A DNA stretch of 64,000 bases, from NCBI GenBank assembly GCA_965655095.1, contig OZ296652.1, positions 60,078,001-60,142,000 of the forward strand, read 5' to 3'. Origin of the DNA: Haplodiscus bocki. Its lineage: Eukaryota. Both the position numbers and the translations under genes were made by a program. Positions within the stretch are counted from its first letter, which is position 1; every line of letters starts with the position of its first letter. Of this stretch, positions 25,872-38,580 are shown piece by piece. The notes under the pieces were generated by a model, which made no database searches, was not told where the DNA came from, and worked only from the letters and a program-made list of their open reading frames with translations.

Positions 25872-26740
25872 GTGCGAAAAAAGGGACGCTTTCACTTTCA
25901 TCTTGAATCAAAAGGTTCAAGGAATATTCCTATCAATGACCTAAAAACAATTTTTCACAACCTGCTAGCGCACCCAATTCCACTCAAAAGTGACTGGCGC
26001 CTGGTTGTAGTTGAATTCATTTATCCAACGAGCAGAAAATACTTTACCGCACACTTTCTTTCCATACACTCCAAACACACGCCTTTAAAAAATTCTCCAT
26101 TGCTGATTCCGGTTGCGTTGAAGTACTTCAAAAATTCAGGAGAGCAACGCTTTCATTTTTTTCTGGTTAAAACAAAAACAGCAATTATGTAATGAAAACA
26201 TTGCAAGCGGTAATCGCTTTCACTAAAGTTTTCGACTCGTGCGTGTTCTGTCACTGCCAGAGGGACAGCAGCTATAGTGTTGAAAGATACCTTAGCAATC
26301 AATTTCAAATTTTGCTGCTTTTCGGCGTCTTGGGATTGAAGAATGTGCTTAGCAATCATCAAAAAAGAATTTTTTTGGGTAAGGATGACAAATACGCAAA
26401 AAAATCAAGCAATGAAGAATGATCATCCTCCTGATCCAAAGGCGGGAACAAGCATCTCTTTTCTGGAAAAGCATATTGGGGACACCCAAATTCTTGAACA
26501 ACACTTTGGTGCTGTGTGAAGCTGCTATGATTGAGAATAGTTGGCATTTACATAGTAATGTCGAAAGGTAAACAGGAAATCACCTCAGCAACGTTCAAAC
26601 AAACATCCTTAAAAAACACTACTTCGGAAACATAATGATTAGCACCATTGAAGAAAATCAAAATGTTTTGCTCTCAGCTATCGGTCATGAAGTTCCATTG
26701 GTTGGTGCCAGAAGAGTTCGATTGACATTAGGTTACTAAG
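25872..26740 (+). pseudogene. Polinton minor capsid (penton-like) protein remnant
   Basis: N-terminus FHFHLESKGS..PIN....FHNLLAHPIPLKSDWRLVVVEFIYP. C-terminal IGDTQIL and LLSAIGHEVPLVGARRVRLTL (~26665-26730). Confidence 0.75.
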
Positions 26741-26749
26741 ACGTTAACA

Positions 26750-27030
26750 ATGGAGACATATTAGAATAAACAAATTGTTTTGCATCTCCTTCAAACTACT
26801 CACGGCAACATAAAAGTTTGTTTGGATTTATGGCAGCAGGTAATGGTTGAGTGGTTTTACTAAGTGCGAAGAAACAACTGCCGGCAGTCAAGTCTATTGG
26901 AAAAAAATGTTCAACCGGAGGAAAACAGAAATTTTAAAGGTACGAAAAAACCACGAAACAACAACACAGGCTGTCAAATCGTCAATTCCGAAGACAAAAA
27001 GTACAGAAGTTGGTCAGCGAGCCAAGAGAA
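26750..27030 (+). pseudogene. Small basic Polinton core/'QRGxG'-type protein remnant
   Basis: METY*NKQ...YSRQHKSLFGFMAAGNG*VVL...LPAVKSIGK, in the usual position between minor and major capsid genes. Confidence 0.5.
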
Positions 27031-27089
27031 GAATCATTGGAAATAAAACAAGCAGCCCGGCATCGAGCAGAGTCCTTTTCGAATGTGAT

Positions 27090-28320
27090 AGGTGTTGCCT
27101 CACGAAGGAGTAGTCAAACTATTTAACACCTATTGGACATTTTTCGGAGAGTGCCTTTGTTGATATTTTTCGACACATTGTTCTATCAAAAAATTGGTCC
27201 TATTTTGGCTACTTATGTCTAGTTTCAGACAACGGGAAACAGAGAATGCTTTCCTGGAGAAGAAATATAAGAAAAGATCGAAGGAATACTTTTGGATTAT
27301 CATGCAACAGACGCCACAGCGAGAACCTGAACATTCTTTGTAAGCAATGCGTTACAATCTTCTTTCTCCCAAAGTGTCGTTATTCCTAAAGTTAGTGAAA
27401 AGTTTTCGGTAAACAAAAACCAAGCTCCAAATTTTTTCTGGAGACGGAATTTTGAGCGAACAAAGAGGCCGAAGAAACAAGGTTTTTTTTTGCTAGGAAT
27501 ACAACTTTGAAGAGAGGCAAGGTATATTCATATCCCAAGCTTCGCACATCAAATAGCAGAAACCAGTCAATCTGGCACGTTTTCGTTGCTATATGAAGTT
27601 GTTGCAGATATCTTTACCTGCAGTAACAATCTTACCTGTGTATTAAGACTACGCATGTCGTTCTTGGGAACAAAATATGGGTTTTGTTTGATTTACGATG
27701 ATGGATCTAAAGCCTACAAAAGCAAAATAGCCCACGCAAGCTTGCATGTTCGCACGGAGACAGGCAAGAAATGATTACACGGCTGTTGATGACCACATGA
27801 TGAATATGCGGTCAACGGAATTCACACCAGAACTGTTCATTCTATCAACCAACTCGACTACGTTTTTAAAACCGTTTTCATATGAAAACGTTCCGGTAGA
27901 TTCGTTTTCCTATGAATACCTTTCTGGCAACCTTGAAAACAAATACTGAAATTCTTTCCAGGAAAAAAGTCATCATCAGTTCTACCGCAATGGTTATCTA
28001 TATTTCTGGAAACCACTGGCTACCGATTATTGCAAAATGTTCAATTGAAGTCTTCGGAAGCTTCAGTTTCCATTCATCATGAGCATGGTTTACCTTTTTC
28101 GCAGTTTGCGAATCATTTTCTTCTTGGTTTTTGACTTTACCACCATACAGCAATTTTCACAAGATTATTTGTATCTTAAAATGACGAACACTTCGATAAC
28201 GGTTGAAATATTTTTCTGAACCGCGTTGACGGAAAGTGCGGACTTTTTGGAAGAAAAATCTGCAATGCTTCAAATCGACGTTGCTCGACGGGTTTCATTG
28301 AAAGTTTCTCTGAATTCAAA
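27090..28320 (+). pseudogene. Polinton major capsid (double jelly-roll, PY/hexon-like) remnant
   Basis: LDIFRRVPLLI..FYQKIGP, FVSNALQSSFS, FLETEF, ADIFTC, YKSKIAHASLHVR, EHGLPFSQFANHF, FDFTTIQQ, TNTSITVEIF and QIDVARR occur in canonical order. Confidence 0.8.
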
Positions 28321-28325
28321 AAGTT

Positions 28326-28750
28326 ATGCCTAAAAACGATTGATGAAATTCAATTGTCGAGACTAGTCGGCAAAAGAGTGCACTGGAAGAAAGTTGATTG
28401 TGTTTGCAGTGAATAACTTTTTCCCTATTAGCAAAACGAAAATCAATCAAGCTCGAGAATTCCGAGGAAGCCAACTGAGCAGGAACACTTTCACTGCTTC
28501 TCTGCCTCAAGAACGCAGAGTGCCTTCCCGTAGACCCTATGGGACTACCAAATAAAAAGCTAGCCATAATTATGATCAACTTTCCGACGCAGACTATGGA
28601 AAGTCAAAGAGGGTACCGGGGAACCGCTTCAAGTTCCTTCATCATGTAACTGTGGACTATACTGTTTCACTATTGTTCACGTTGTCTCTCGTTCTCACCA
28701 TTTGGCAGTACCTTCTTTTAGCAAACAGGAATTGTTTGATTCCAGAAAAC
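28326..28750 (+). pseudogene. Adenain-like cysteine protease remnant
   Basis: FAVNNFF, ENSEEAN*AGTLSLLLC...VDPMGLP (cf. N....G.HW...D..G) and LQVPSSCNCGLYC (28627-28665; the Q...CG.yC catalytic motif). Confidence 0.8.
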
Positions 28751-29959
28751 GTTTTCTGTGGTGTTTTTTTAACCGGTTTGATCGGGAAAACGCTCAATAC
28801 AAAAAAAGAGGTACTGTTATACCTAATAAAAAAGTTTTTTGAAACGTTTCGATCAAAGAAACCTCCTGTCTGTTGATGGAGACTCTGATAAAGTGTTATT
28901 CTGTTTTTTTATTACCGCGTTCATCTTTACTTCCTATAGTTCAAAATAGTTCAAAAATCGTGTATATTTTAAACCACCGGCTTCGTTGATTGTCGAAATT
29001 CACAAGAAAGTTGAAGACCACATGTAAGGTTAATTAAGAGATAAGCGATTGACTAATGAAGATTCACTAATGAAAAGAGCCAAAAAAACCTGGAAAAAAC
29101 TGGTCAGCAGCGGGAAAAAGTTATTTTACGCAGGTTCGTAACATGAGCACGTCTTCAGTTTGCGTTTAATATAAGAAAGTTTTCTGTCAACTTTCCGGTT
29201 TCCGTCGTCCTTCAGAAAAACACAATTCTCCTGTGCGAAGCATCTTCCAGAAGCAACCATTGGGACCTACAGATTCCACTGGAATTGTATCGCTAAAAGT
29301 CTTGTTAATTCCTGCCTCAAGCGCGTGGTACACTTTTCAAATTTTCTTTCATTGCAAACCTGAATTAGTGAAACTTCAAAAAGAAAAAATCTTTGATATT
29401 GCTTCTTAGGTACAACTAACTGCAAGTCGATCTGTTAAATCGCTTCTGGGAGATAAAACGACAGTCTTTAACCATTGAATCTTGAGACCAATCCAATGTG
29501 AAAGGTTGTTTCAGGAAGACTTTTTAAAAAATTCGACAGTTTCTTATCAACCTTTCTGCTGCTTCGGAAGACGAACTGCTAGTGCAAAATTTTGTAGAAA
29601 GGGAAAAAACTGCAGCATTCATGCCAAGTTTTGGCGCGTCCGTTTTATCTGTACATGCTGATCTTCGAAATTTGCGGTTTTTGTTGAACATCAACAACCG
29701 TCGTGAGAGCAAACGTTTTGTTTATTTCTTCACAGCGACCTGGAAACGGAAACAGGTGTTGTACAATTATAATGAAGTGACGACACGATTTTGTGCAGAC
29801 ACGGTCATTTATTCCCGACAAAAACCAGAGGCTCGTCAAAAACGAAGTGAATTTTGAATGAAGATTTCTCCGACATTCGGATTGATTTGTAGAAGTTACT
29901 GAATGCCAAAATAGCATAATTTGGTGATTTCTTTCGTTCCTCTGGAGGCCGCGCGGAGA

Positions 29960-30400
29960 AACAATGTTTAGTTACTTCCCAGGCACTTCGTATTCATTAA
30001 AAACAAAGAACAATGTTAACGCTAAGCGTGTCAAAAGTATAATATCAATTGGAACTAGATATTGATCTACTGTTGATGGAGGTTAGAAAAATCTATCAAT
30101 ACATCCTCATCGCAAATTTGCGTATTTTCATCTACAATGTACAAAAAAACGCTCAGTTATGACGGTAGGGACAGAGTTTGGCGCAACTGCTTCCATAGTT
30201 CTACAACGCAAACAGAGTATGAAAAACACCCGTTGAACTGCCCACCCGATTTTTGATGCTCCAACTACTGTCATGAAAAATTTGACTCTCACACAACTTA
30301 AATTGCAAGCGTTTGTACCAATTGTTGCTCATTTTGGTCTCGAATCGCTCAAGCAACCAAACCCAACTTGTTACCTTGATGCAGTTCAAAACACCAAAAT
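29960..30400 (+). pseudogene. N-terminal part of a protein-primed DNA polymerase B, truncated at 30400
   Basis: IDLLLMEVRKIYQYILIANL (30061), WRNCFHSSTTQTEYEKHPLNC (30179; Zn-finger-like) and FVPIVAHFGLESL (cf. exonuclease I-type YxDFES). Confidence 0.6.
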
Positions 30401-31260
30401 AGTAGAAGAGAAATAGATAGGTGAGCAGATCAGGTGAGGAGGGGGTGGAGGCCCCTCCATGTAAAATGATAAAGTTTAAGAGCTCGGTTGAGCCTAAAAC
30501 CGAGAAGGGGCCTCCGTCCCACGGGAGAGCTCTCTAGTGATTTTCAATCTACTGATACTCGATTCTGCTTGGTTGCCGAGGGTTTTTGTGCTGGATTTTG
30601 ATTGGCTCTTCCAATTTTTTGGTTGTGGGCGAAAACAACGGCAATATCTTAAGATAGGAAATGATCTTCGGTGGGGTACTAAGATACTGATTTTCAGTAA
30701 CGTATTGGTAAAAATTTTAGGGTTGTGCGACCTATGAGGATACGCAGTGGGGATTTAAGACTCGTTTATGGCACTGTGAAATAACTTTTTTCGAAATCAA
30801 AGACGATGCTTCAAGATTGGAAATGATTTTCGGTATTGTATTGAGATGGGGAGTGACTTTCGGTATTGTATTAGTAGGAGCTATATGGTTTTGCAACGTG
30901 AAAAGATACGGAGTGGGGTTTAATGACTCCTTGTCGGCACTGTGGGACTACTTTTTGTTCAAGGAAATGGGCTTTTACCAAGAATTTTTCAGGCGTACCT
31001 GTCATTGCCCACTACCCGTGCGGATTCTTTATTACGCCTGTGGGTACCATGTTACGCCTTGGGTTTTTGTTTTGACTTATTGGCATCTGAAAATATCGCT
31101 CGACTACATATTGAGACAGTGTATTGAGAAGGGGTAGAGTTCAGTCATGTAAAAGGATAGTGTACAGTTGAGTAATGTATTAAGATAGGAAATAGTTCGG
31201 CGGTTATTAGCATAAATTTTACTTAGGTTATGCCTCGGGAAAAGTTGCTAGACGGAAAAA
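30401..31260 (+). repeat. Polinton-like TIR pointing rightwards, with decayed subterminal repeats
   Basis: agtagaagag...gtgagcagatcaggtgaggagggggtggaggcccc resembles 6726ff. Repeats include cggtattgtattgagatgggg and aatgtattaagatagg (~31174). Confidence 0.7.
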
Positions 31261-31689
31261 TTTGAAAAAGCGTATAGAATGTAAAATTTTGACTGTCGAA
31301 ACGCAAAAGAAATAAGGGCGGAAGTGCTAGCAAGTGTCACTAATTACAAAAAAAACTATTTGGAAAAAACATGAAATGAAAATCTGTCAGTCACTCTTTC
31401 CTTCTTATGGATACTATTGTGAGTTATTGCTTTGAAAAGAAACAAGTTAATTAGAGAAAAATTAATTAGAAGCGACAAATAATAACAAAAACATTGTACA
31501 ACATGCACACTTACAAAGAAATAATACGGTTGAAAACCCTACAAACAAGTAAACACGTGAGAAAATACTTAGCCTGTAATATGTCTGTTAAATTGAAACA
31601 AGAAGCAATCGATTTCACGAGAAGTTAAATAGAACTTAGCAAAGCAACGAACACAACACAAGGTTTTTATTGATGAAAAATGAACTTAC

Positions 31690-33130
31690 AAACTCAGTGG
31701 ATGTGTGTAAATTCCATCGTTTTCAAATACCTTTTTTAATTAGAATTACAACGATCCACGTTTGGTTTCTTCATAAGTTGCAACTGTGTGATCTTTTGTC
31801 CGAAACCTCTGTTTGTTAATGTAATTTTCACTGCATCATCAAGAACTTTGCGAAACTTCTCCAAATGTTGATCACTCTTCTGCTCTAGTTTTGGCCTATA
31901 AGGACCTTTGCTGCTGACCTCGAGGTTGTTCGACACAACATCTCGGCAGCAATAAATTTTGCCAAAAAGACTCAGCATTTCCGGACACCTGAATTCTTTT
32001 TTGAAGAGAGCCAGCTCTCTTTTGTCTTGTTTCTTGTATTTCGCTCAAACATTTCGTTGGAAGAATTCTCCTGAAATCATCACAGTTTGTGAATTTCATC
32101 GGCTGTTGAATGCAATTGGTCAGTTTTTTTTTCAGCAAGAGCTAAGTGGAGGGAATCGTTGTTCGTTTCAATTTCTTCCAAATTGTTGATGTTACAAAAA
32201 TTTGTCAAAAAAGTGGGATTAGAGCTCCATTATCTGTAGTTTTTAATAAAAATGAATGAAAAATCCGTTAACAACAGGTTCTTCCTGTGCAACTTCCGTT
32301 TTTGCAAGTTCTACTTTGTAGAGTTGATCGTTTACATGATCTAGTTTTTCGAAAAAATGGCTGAATATAGCACTGTGCATTTTATCATCGTTCAAGTACT
32401 TTGTTAACCTGCGTTGACTCAGATCCATCATTTGATAGCAATCGGACCTACTCGCTAACTATTTTATTGTTTTATTGTCTCAACGACTATATTGAATTTG
32501 GGTTCCGGTCACCTAGTCTTCTCGCATCCACAGCTGAATATAGAAAGTTGTTGAAGCAATTTTCTGCAAGGAACTCAACGAAGCGGTGTACTTTTTGTAC
32601 AAACGAGACCCAACTCAATATAGAACAACAGCAGAGGAGTGATGCGTGATTTATTTTGTATCTGTAGGCTTAAAATTAGCATTTTCTGAGGTTGGGACAT
32701 CAAGTCTTTTTCTTCTGCCTACCATTTCTTCAGTTTGCCAATATCTTCCCGATTGACTAAAGTGTTTTTGAAAAAAAAGGAAAGTTTCTCAAATGTGGTT
32801 ACCAAAAGTTGCGAAACTTTTTGTCACTCTGAAAACAACCAAACAGGTTTCCGCTCTTTATTTCTTCCAGAAGTTGATATTCTGCAAGTGAACATCCGTA
32901 CGAAAACTTTTCTCGTTTTTGTTGTTTAACACTATTGTCTGTTTTGTACTGTCTCCATCACTCACATTCCCATTCTCAAAAAGTGAAGCCGAAAAAAGGG
33001 AACAAGTGCTACCCATTAAAATTTTCTTCATATTGAAAGAAGAAGAACCGCACGAGCTATCAGTCACTTTCATCCACTCCTGCGGATACTGTTGTGACTT
33101 AAGGCTTTGTGAAAAAATTGTTCTACAAAT
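31690..33130 (-). pseudogene. pPolB C-terminal half remnant (Polinton)
   Basis: NFPFFFKNTLVNREDIG..MSQPQKMLI, MMDLSQRRLTKYLNDDK...LYKVELAKTEVAQEEPVVNGFFI, KIYCC...SSKG...TNRGF and ENDGIYTHPL. The 3' end points to the TIR at 30401. Confidence 0.85.
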
Positions 33131-33131
33131 T

Positions 33132-33780
33132 AACAAGTTATTTAGAGAGTACTAATAAAACCGAAAAATTGTATTTTCTGCACACTTACATTGAAATTGA
33201 GAAAATAAAAAGCCTACAAACAAATGAAAACATGTTTAGCGTGTGTTATCTATTTTATATTGAAATACGCACCAAACGAACAAACGAATCCACGAAAAAT
33301 TGAATAGAAAGTAATAAAGCAATAAACACAACAGAAAACTTTTTTGATAGAAAAATGAAATCAAAAGTTCAGTAAGTGTGTGTGAATTTCATTGTCCTCC
33401 AGTATCTTTTTTGAATGGATTTACGATAAGCCTCGTTTAATTTGCTCATACATTGAAACGATGTAAACATTCGGCCGAAAAACTATTTTGTTGTGTAATG
33501 CTTACTATATCAACAAGAACTTTGCGCTCAATTCCTAAAGAACGCTCAATGATATTTAAATTTGAAGAAAATTGCCGCCAATGTCACTCCAATTCTCGCA
33601 CACAAAAAATCAAATAAAAAAAACATAATACCTGTTGAAACTTGACTGCCTGCAGTTTCGACTGCAGGATCGGCATCACACGCACTACCGACAAATTTAA
33701 ACAAGCATCCCATTTGGAATTTGGTTCGAAAGTAGAGCGACGACAACGGAAAAAATCTAGTTCCTTGCCTCGGAAACGTC
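33132..33780 (-). repeat. Diverged direct duplicate of ~31441-32050 (pPolB 3' end and downstream)
   Basis: aacaagtta.ttagaga, tgcacacttaca, cctacaaacaa, aaagcaa..aacacaaca and tcaagaactttgcg/acaagaactttgcg are shared at ~1.69-kb offset. Confidence 0.75.
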
Positions 33781-33914
33781 TCTAATCTGTGGACTTCAAA
33801 TAATGTGCGCTTGAACGACTAAATAGTGACCGACTTGAAAGCTATTTAATTTTACATAACTTCTATCAATTACACTGCAGAATGAAAAAAACATAATATT
33901 GGATTTCACCCTTA

Positions 33915-34114
33915 NNNNNNNNNNNNNNNNNNNNNNNNNNNNNNNNNNNNNNNNNNNNNNNNNNNNNNNNNNNNNNNNNNNNNNNNNNNNNNNNNNNNNN
34001 NNNNNNNNNNNNNNNNNNNNNNNNNNNNNNNNNNNNNNNNNNNNNNNNNNNNNNNNNNNNNNNNNNNNNNNNNNNNNNNNNNNNNNNNNNNNNNNNNNNN
34101 NNNNNNNNNNNNNN
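33915..34114. other. Assembly gap (200 N)
   Basis: Run of N. Confidence 1.
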
Positions 34115-36299
34115 CGAGAAGACAAGCTAAGAGTCCATAAGTATATGCCTTCATGAAGTAATTTACATCAGGCTACTAAAATACATACAACCTTAAAGGA
34201 CCATTATAAATGACTATTGGATGTATCTTACATCAGTCTTTTGATATATAGACCGATGCAGTTTACAATATACTATAAAAAGCAAAAAGCAGCTAAGAGT
34301 CCAATAATGCAATCCATTTGGAAGTATATTTATCAATGTTTCCCCTTTCAGTCGCCTTTGTTTCTGGAATTGTACAATGGAACAAATTTAACCGAAACAA
34401 CTGCCTTTTCATTATGTTACGAGCGTATTTGGTGCTCTCTGTGAGTTTCCAGCATATGTGTTTTGTTTTCATTGGAATCAATTTGCGGCCAACCAACGTG
34501 TGCTGTTCCCGGTCAGTCGTGCCACCTCGTGATTACGTAGATTATATCCATTTCTTGATGATTTTGAAAACTTTTGCTGGAAACGAATCGTGTCAAAACA
34601 ATTCGATGTAATAAAAGTGTACACAATTTCAGACAAAAACAGCATCAGTCAATCTCCCAGTTGATTTCGTTTTCAAGCAGACTTGATGCCTGGAGGCGTA
34701 CGACTTGAAAAAAATTCTCGAACGTCATTTGAATTTTGTCTTTTCACAGTAAGGAAACTCTTTCCAATCCAGTTTTTGAAAGTCTATCATGTTCCTTGAT
34801 TAGTTCAAAATCAAGAAGTAATTTTAAGATTACCCATTAGTTTTGGTTGTTGCAAAGAAATTTTCCCAAGAACTGATTCTAAAAGGGAAAAGAGTAGCAA
34901 AAAACAGTATCCTAAAGCAAAAAAAATTGAAGGCTGAGAGCACCGGACAAACAATTGAAAGAAAACAACTGATATTTGGTTCATTGTTGATAATTTATGA
35001 TAAGGAAACAAATCTGCATTGTCCTAACTTGAGGCGTGATGAATCAATCATACCTCAATTGTGTTTGAACGTTTTCCACAAAGCGTTGGAGACGGTTAAG
35101 ATCTTCGTTGGCGGGCTATATACGTGACCTAGAGAGATGACAGAAAAAAACTGCATACCTTTAATCATCGAACATCAGAATTCAGAAAGGAAGAATGAAG
35201 AAGAGAAGATGTCATTTTGGAAAAAAAACTGTGCTCTGCGGCGCTTGCATGCAATCAAACGGACCAATGAGTTCCAGAAATATCTCAACCAACGCTTTGA
35301 CTCCCTAGGTCTTGTTCCTTCAGCAAATCGGTCAGTGTAATTTCAACTTTTTCACACTCCCCATGAAAGTCGTGAGAGGACTATTGCCTTGTGAGGCTGG
35401 AACACTTCATTCTCTAGCTTATCACGGGGACTTTGAACATCACCGACTTTGCTAGATGCATTGTCAATTCAGTTTATGTTTTTTTTGTACGTCACTCATT
35501 TTCACACCCAGTCCATAATTCACGCCCAGTCCTCTGAAGTCAGTGGCATGCAAATAAAACTCAATATGCGTAACCCTGCAACACCGCGTTTTTGTTTTCG
35601 GGAAAAAATCAAATCACAATTAGAGCCATTGTTTTTGATTCTTTTAACTGCGTAAGAATCTTGACCAGCTACAGTTTTTTTGTTTCAGGGTGATGCTAAT
35701 TGGCAGAGTGAACTTGGGTTTAGTTTCAGATCCACTTCATTTCAAAACAAAGATACGTTTTTGGAAAGCAGTTGTGGTTATATTGTACCTGTGAGAGAAC
35801 TAGTTCTGCCAACAAAAATGTCATTTTAGTTCAACATTTTTTTACCAGATGTAGATCGAAACGATTTTCAAGCTTTTTCGAAGAGTAGAGCTTCCGTCTG
35901 GGAAATCTAGATCACATACTTGGGAAGATTGATAAAAAGATAGTCTTAATTAATTGAGAAGCAAGTTTTCATAAGAAACTCCAAATATTCAAAAAGAAAT
36001 CAAGCTCTGAGAGGCCGTATACCTTCTTCGCTTTGAGTGAGCGTGTTTTTTGCCAACACTCACAACGGTATTTCTCTCTGGAGAGCCAATCAAAGTTACC
36101 GGTAACTGAATCCAACTACAAAGTTAGTTGGTTAGTTGTGCCGCGCCGAGGTAATTCGGAACACAGAATAGTGTTTAAAACCAAACCAGCGTACAAGTCA
36201 AATTATTTCAATTTTAATTAGTGGCCAAGAAATTTTGACGGCCATCAGTAACGTAGTTTTTGAGAATAGCAAACCCAGATTAGTGAACAACACAATGCA

Positions 36300-38580
36300 T
36301 AAACTAGATGCAAAATGCTCGAAACAGGAGAATAGAAAACTAAATTTGAAAAGTATCGCTTCTATTTCTACTTCTTCTCAGAACTTTGTTGGTATTGACA
36401 AATGAAATTGGCAAATGAAGATACTGTTGAAACAAACTGTTTACATTTTAAACTGATCTAAATCACATTGTTTACCTAAATGATTGCAATCAGTAGAAAT
36501 AATTCTCCAAGCCTAGTTCTGGTAACAGTGTTGATATCGGGGAAATCCTCTGAAGTTCACTCTCTTATGTTGAGCTGTTAAGCTTAAATTCCAAGCGATG
36601 CTTCAAAAGATCCAACAAGGTTTTGAGGTATAGAGTTGCAAAAGAAAATCAATTGTTTGGTCAAGCTTCGTGAAATGAAGGCAAAGATAAGGAAAAAAGT
36701 TGCATCGATGGTGTCTCAGTGCTCTGTTCTCGCACACAACTGACGTTGAACTCAGAACTAGCCAAAAATTTGAACAACGACCGCTTTTTGTGAATGCAAT
36801 TCGAAAAAAAGCATGCTTACCAAGATGAAGATGGGTTTCCCGTTTTTAATAGGCGTTCAATGTATGAACGTATTACACTTGTTTACTGTGTCTTGCTGAA
36901 CGTCGCTCCAAGTTTCTTTTTCTGTTGAATGACAAACATCTTTGATATCGTTTTCTTTGATATGAAAAAGATGGGCGTACAAGTTGAATTGTTTTCATGG
37001 ATCAATAAAATCTACCTTAAAAAGAAAAAGTTTTGCGTAACAATCAACTGGTGAAAACAAGAGTTCTTACTCTTTCAGAGTTTGTTTCGGTTAACACTCC
37101 TCGACACAATTATTCACAAAGCAGGTTGTTGAAATCGTTTCTAGTTTCTAGTACTTGAGTGAACGTTCCGCAACGACAAATTTTCAAAGACGAAACTCTT
37201 TTTGTATCAAAAGCAAGACACGATTCCTTTTCAACGGGACAATTTCAATTTAGGTCAATTTCGCAACCGTCCATCAGAAGGAACTGTTAAATTTATCTCT
37301 TTAGTGGTCTTTTTCTTGAACATCGAAAATACTACCCTCAGAAAAATTCCAGAACAATGTCACACGTGGTTCCCAGTTTTCACTCAAAGTGTGCAGAACA
37401 GATTTTCCTTTTATCTAAAAGTACTTTCAAGAGAGAATTCATTTTAAAAGGTCAACGTGTTGTCTACCACAGCCCACAGTGGCTTTCGGCAGACCAGTTC
37501 ATGGGAATCTCACTATGGACGTAGTAGAGGAAAAATTTAGCAGTTACTGAAAAAATTAGAAACACTGTGCATAACCCACAAAAAAAATGTTTTTTTTTAA
37601 AATCTTTTTGACTAACAAGTCAGCGGCAACATCATTACAAAGCGTGAAGACGTGTTCGTCCGGTTACAGTGAGTTGTTGGTGTCAACCTAAGAATAGGCG
37701 CAGAAAAAATCTAGTCTTGTGAAGAAGACACGTTTGAAGTAGAAGTTCAAAAAACACCTTTCAAAAACTTTTTGGTGTTCAGTATCGCAACAGAAAGGAA
37801 AAAGTTGGTGTCTGCAACAACTTGTCATCAAATCAGAAAGACTAAATGTGATTTGCAATTGGTTAAAGTTGTAGATTCTTTGCTAGGTGAAGATGGTTTT
37901 ATTAATGAAAAAAGTGGTTTCGTTGAGAAGGAAGACATTTGAGCTCGTTTTTTTTCTGCCTGAGTTAAGGACTCGATCCCATCCATTGGATACCGCAAAT
38001 TATCCCCGATGGTATACAAGTTATGAGACATTTAATACAGGTACCGTATGTACACAAACTATTGCCAGTTTTTACCGAAAAGAAAACAATTTTTCATTTA
38101 ATGCACTGAAAGGCCGAAGGCAGTAATTCTTCGGAAAATAAAAACTGCAGCACTTGCTGAAGTGAATGCAAGTGTACAACAATTTTTGCTGCTTAGAAAG
38201 CAAATTTTGTCGCAGATGCTGTTAAGTTGTAAAATATTTGATTCAAAATCTGTCGCGTTTTGAAATTGTCATTTCAAGAACTGACAGGAAGTAAAATTTT
38301 TCAATTAAAGTCCGTTCCTCTTCAGCTCATTCGGAATCATGCTTATATAACAATCACAAAAAGCAAAAGTTGACGTTTTTGTGCAGTATAAAGTGTGGAA
38401 TTGTGATTTTTTGGAGGATCAATTCTGTTCCAAATATGATTTTAGGTTCCAAAACCTGTAAACTGAATCTCTGAGAAAGTGTAAAAAACATATTTCAACG
38501 TCCCACATCAACTAAAAAGGTTGATGCGAAGTTTGGCTTCCGACCAAAACAATGCGTCAGAAGAATGCTTTTTAAGCAGC
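36300..38580 (-). repeat. Left arm of an old inverted repeat (mirror of ~39445-43000), including a minus-strand pPolB N-terminal remnant at ~36300-36930
   Basis: Reverse-complement matches: tttcccgtttttaataggcgttcaatgta (36836) vs array unit; ttttcgatgttcaagaaaaaga (~37310 vs 40733); aaaactgggaaccac (~37366 vs 40652); taggtgaagatggt (~37884 vs ~40153); tgcgtcagaa....gctttttaa (~38553 vs ~39450). Confidence 0.8.

Larger units (their letters stand above)
23310..30400 (+). mobile_element. Fossil Polinton/Maverick (adintovirus-like endogenous virus) gene block; left boundary undefined (may extend toward ~19.9 kb)
   Basis: Collinear + strand remnants of ATPase, integrase, minor capsid, core, major capsid, protease and pPolB N-terminus (listed individually). 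Confidence 0.85.

Noticed and set aside
33796-34156. X-rich ORFs across the N gaps (also near 56.9 kb)
   Set aside because: Artefacts of assembly gaps.
34115-36300. Possible further minus-strand pPolB remnant (EMDII; PRDKLENEVFQPH)
   Set aside because: Matches are too weak to support without a profile search.
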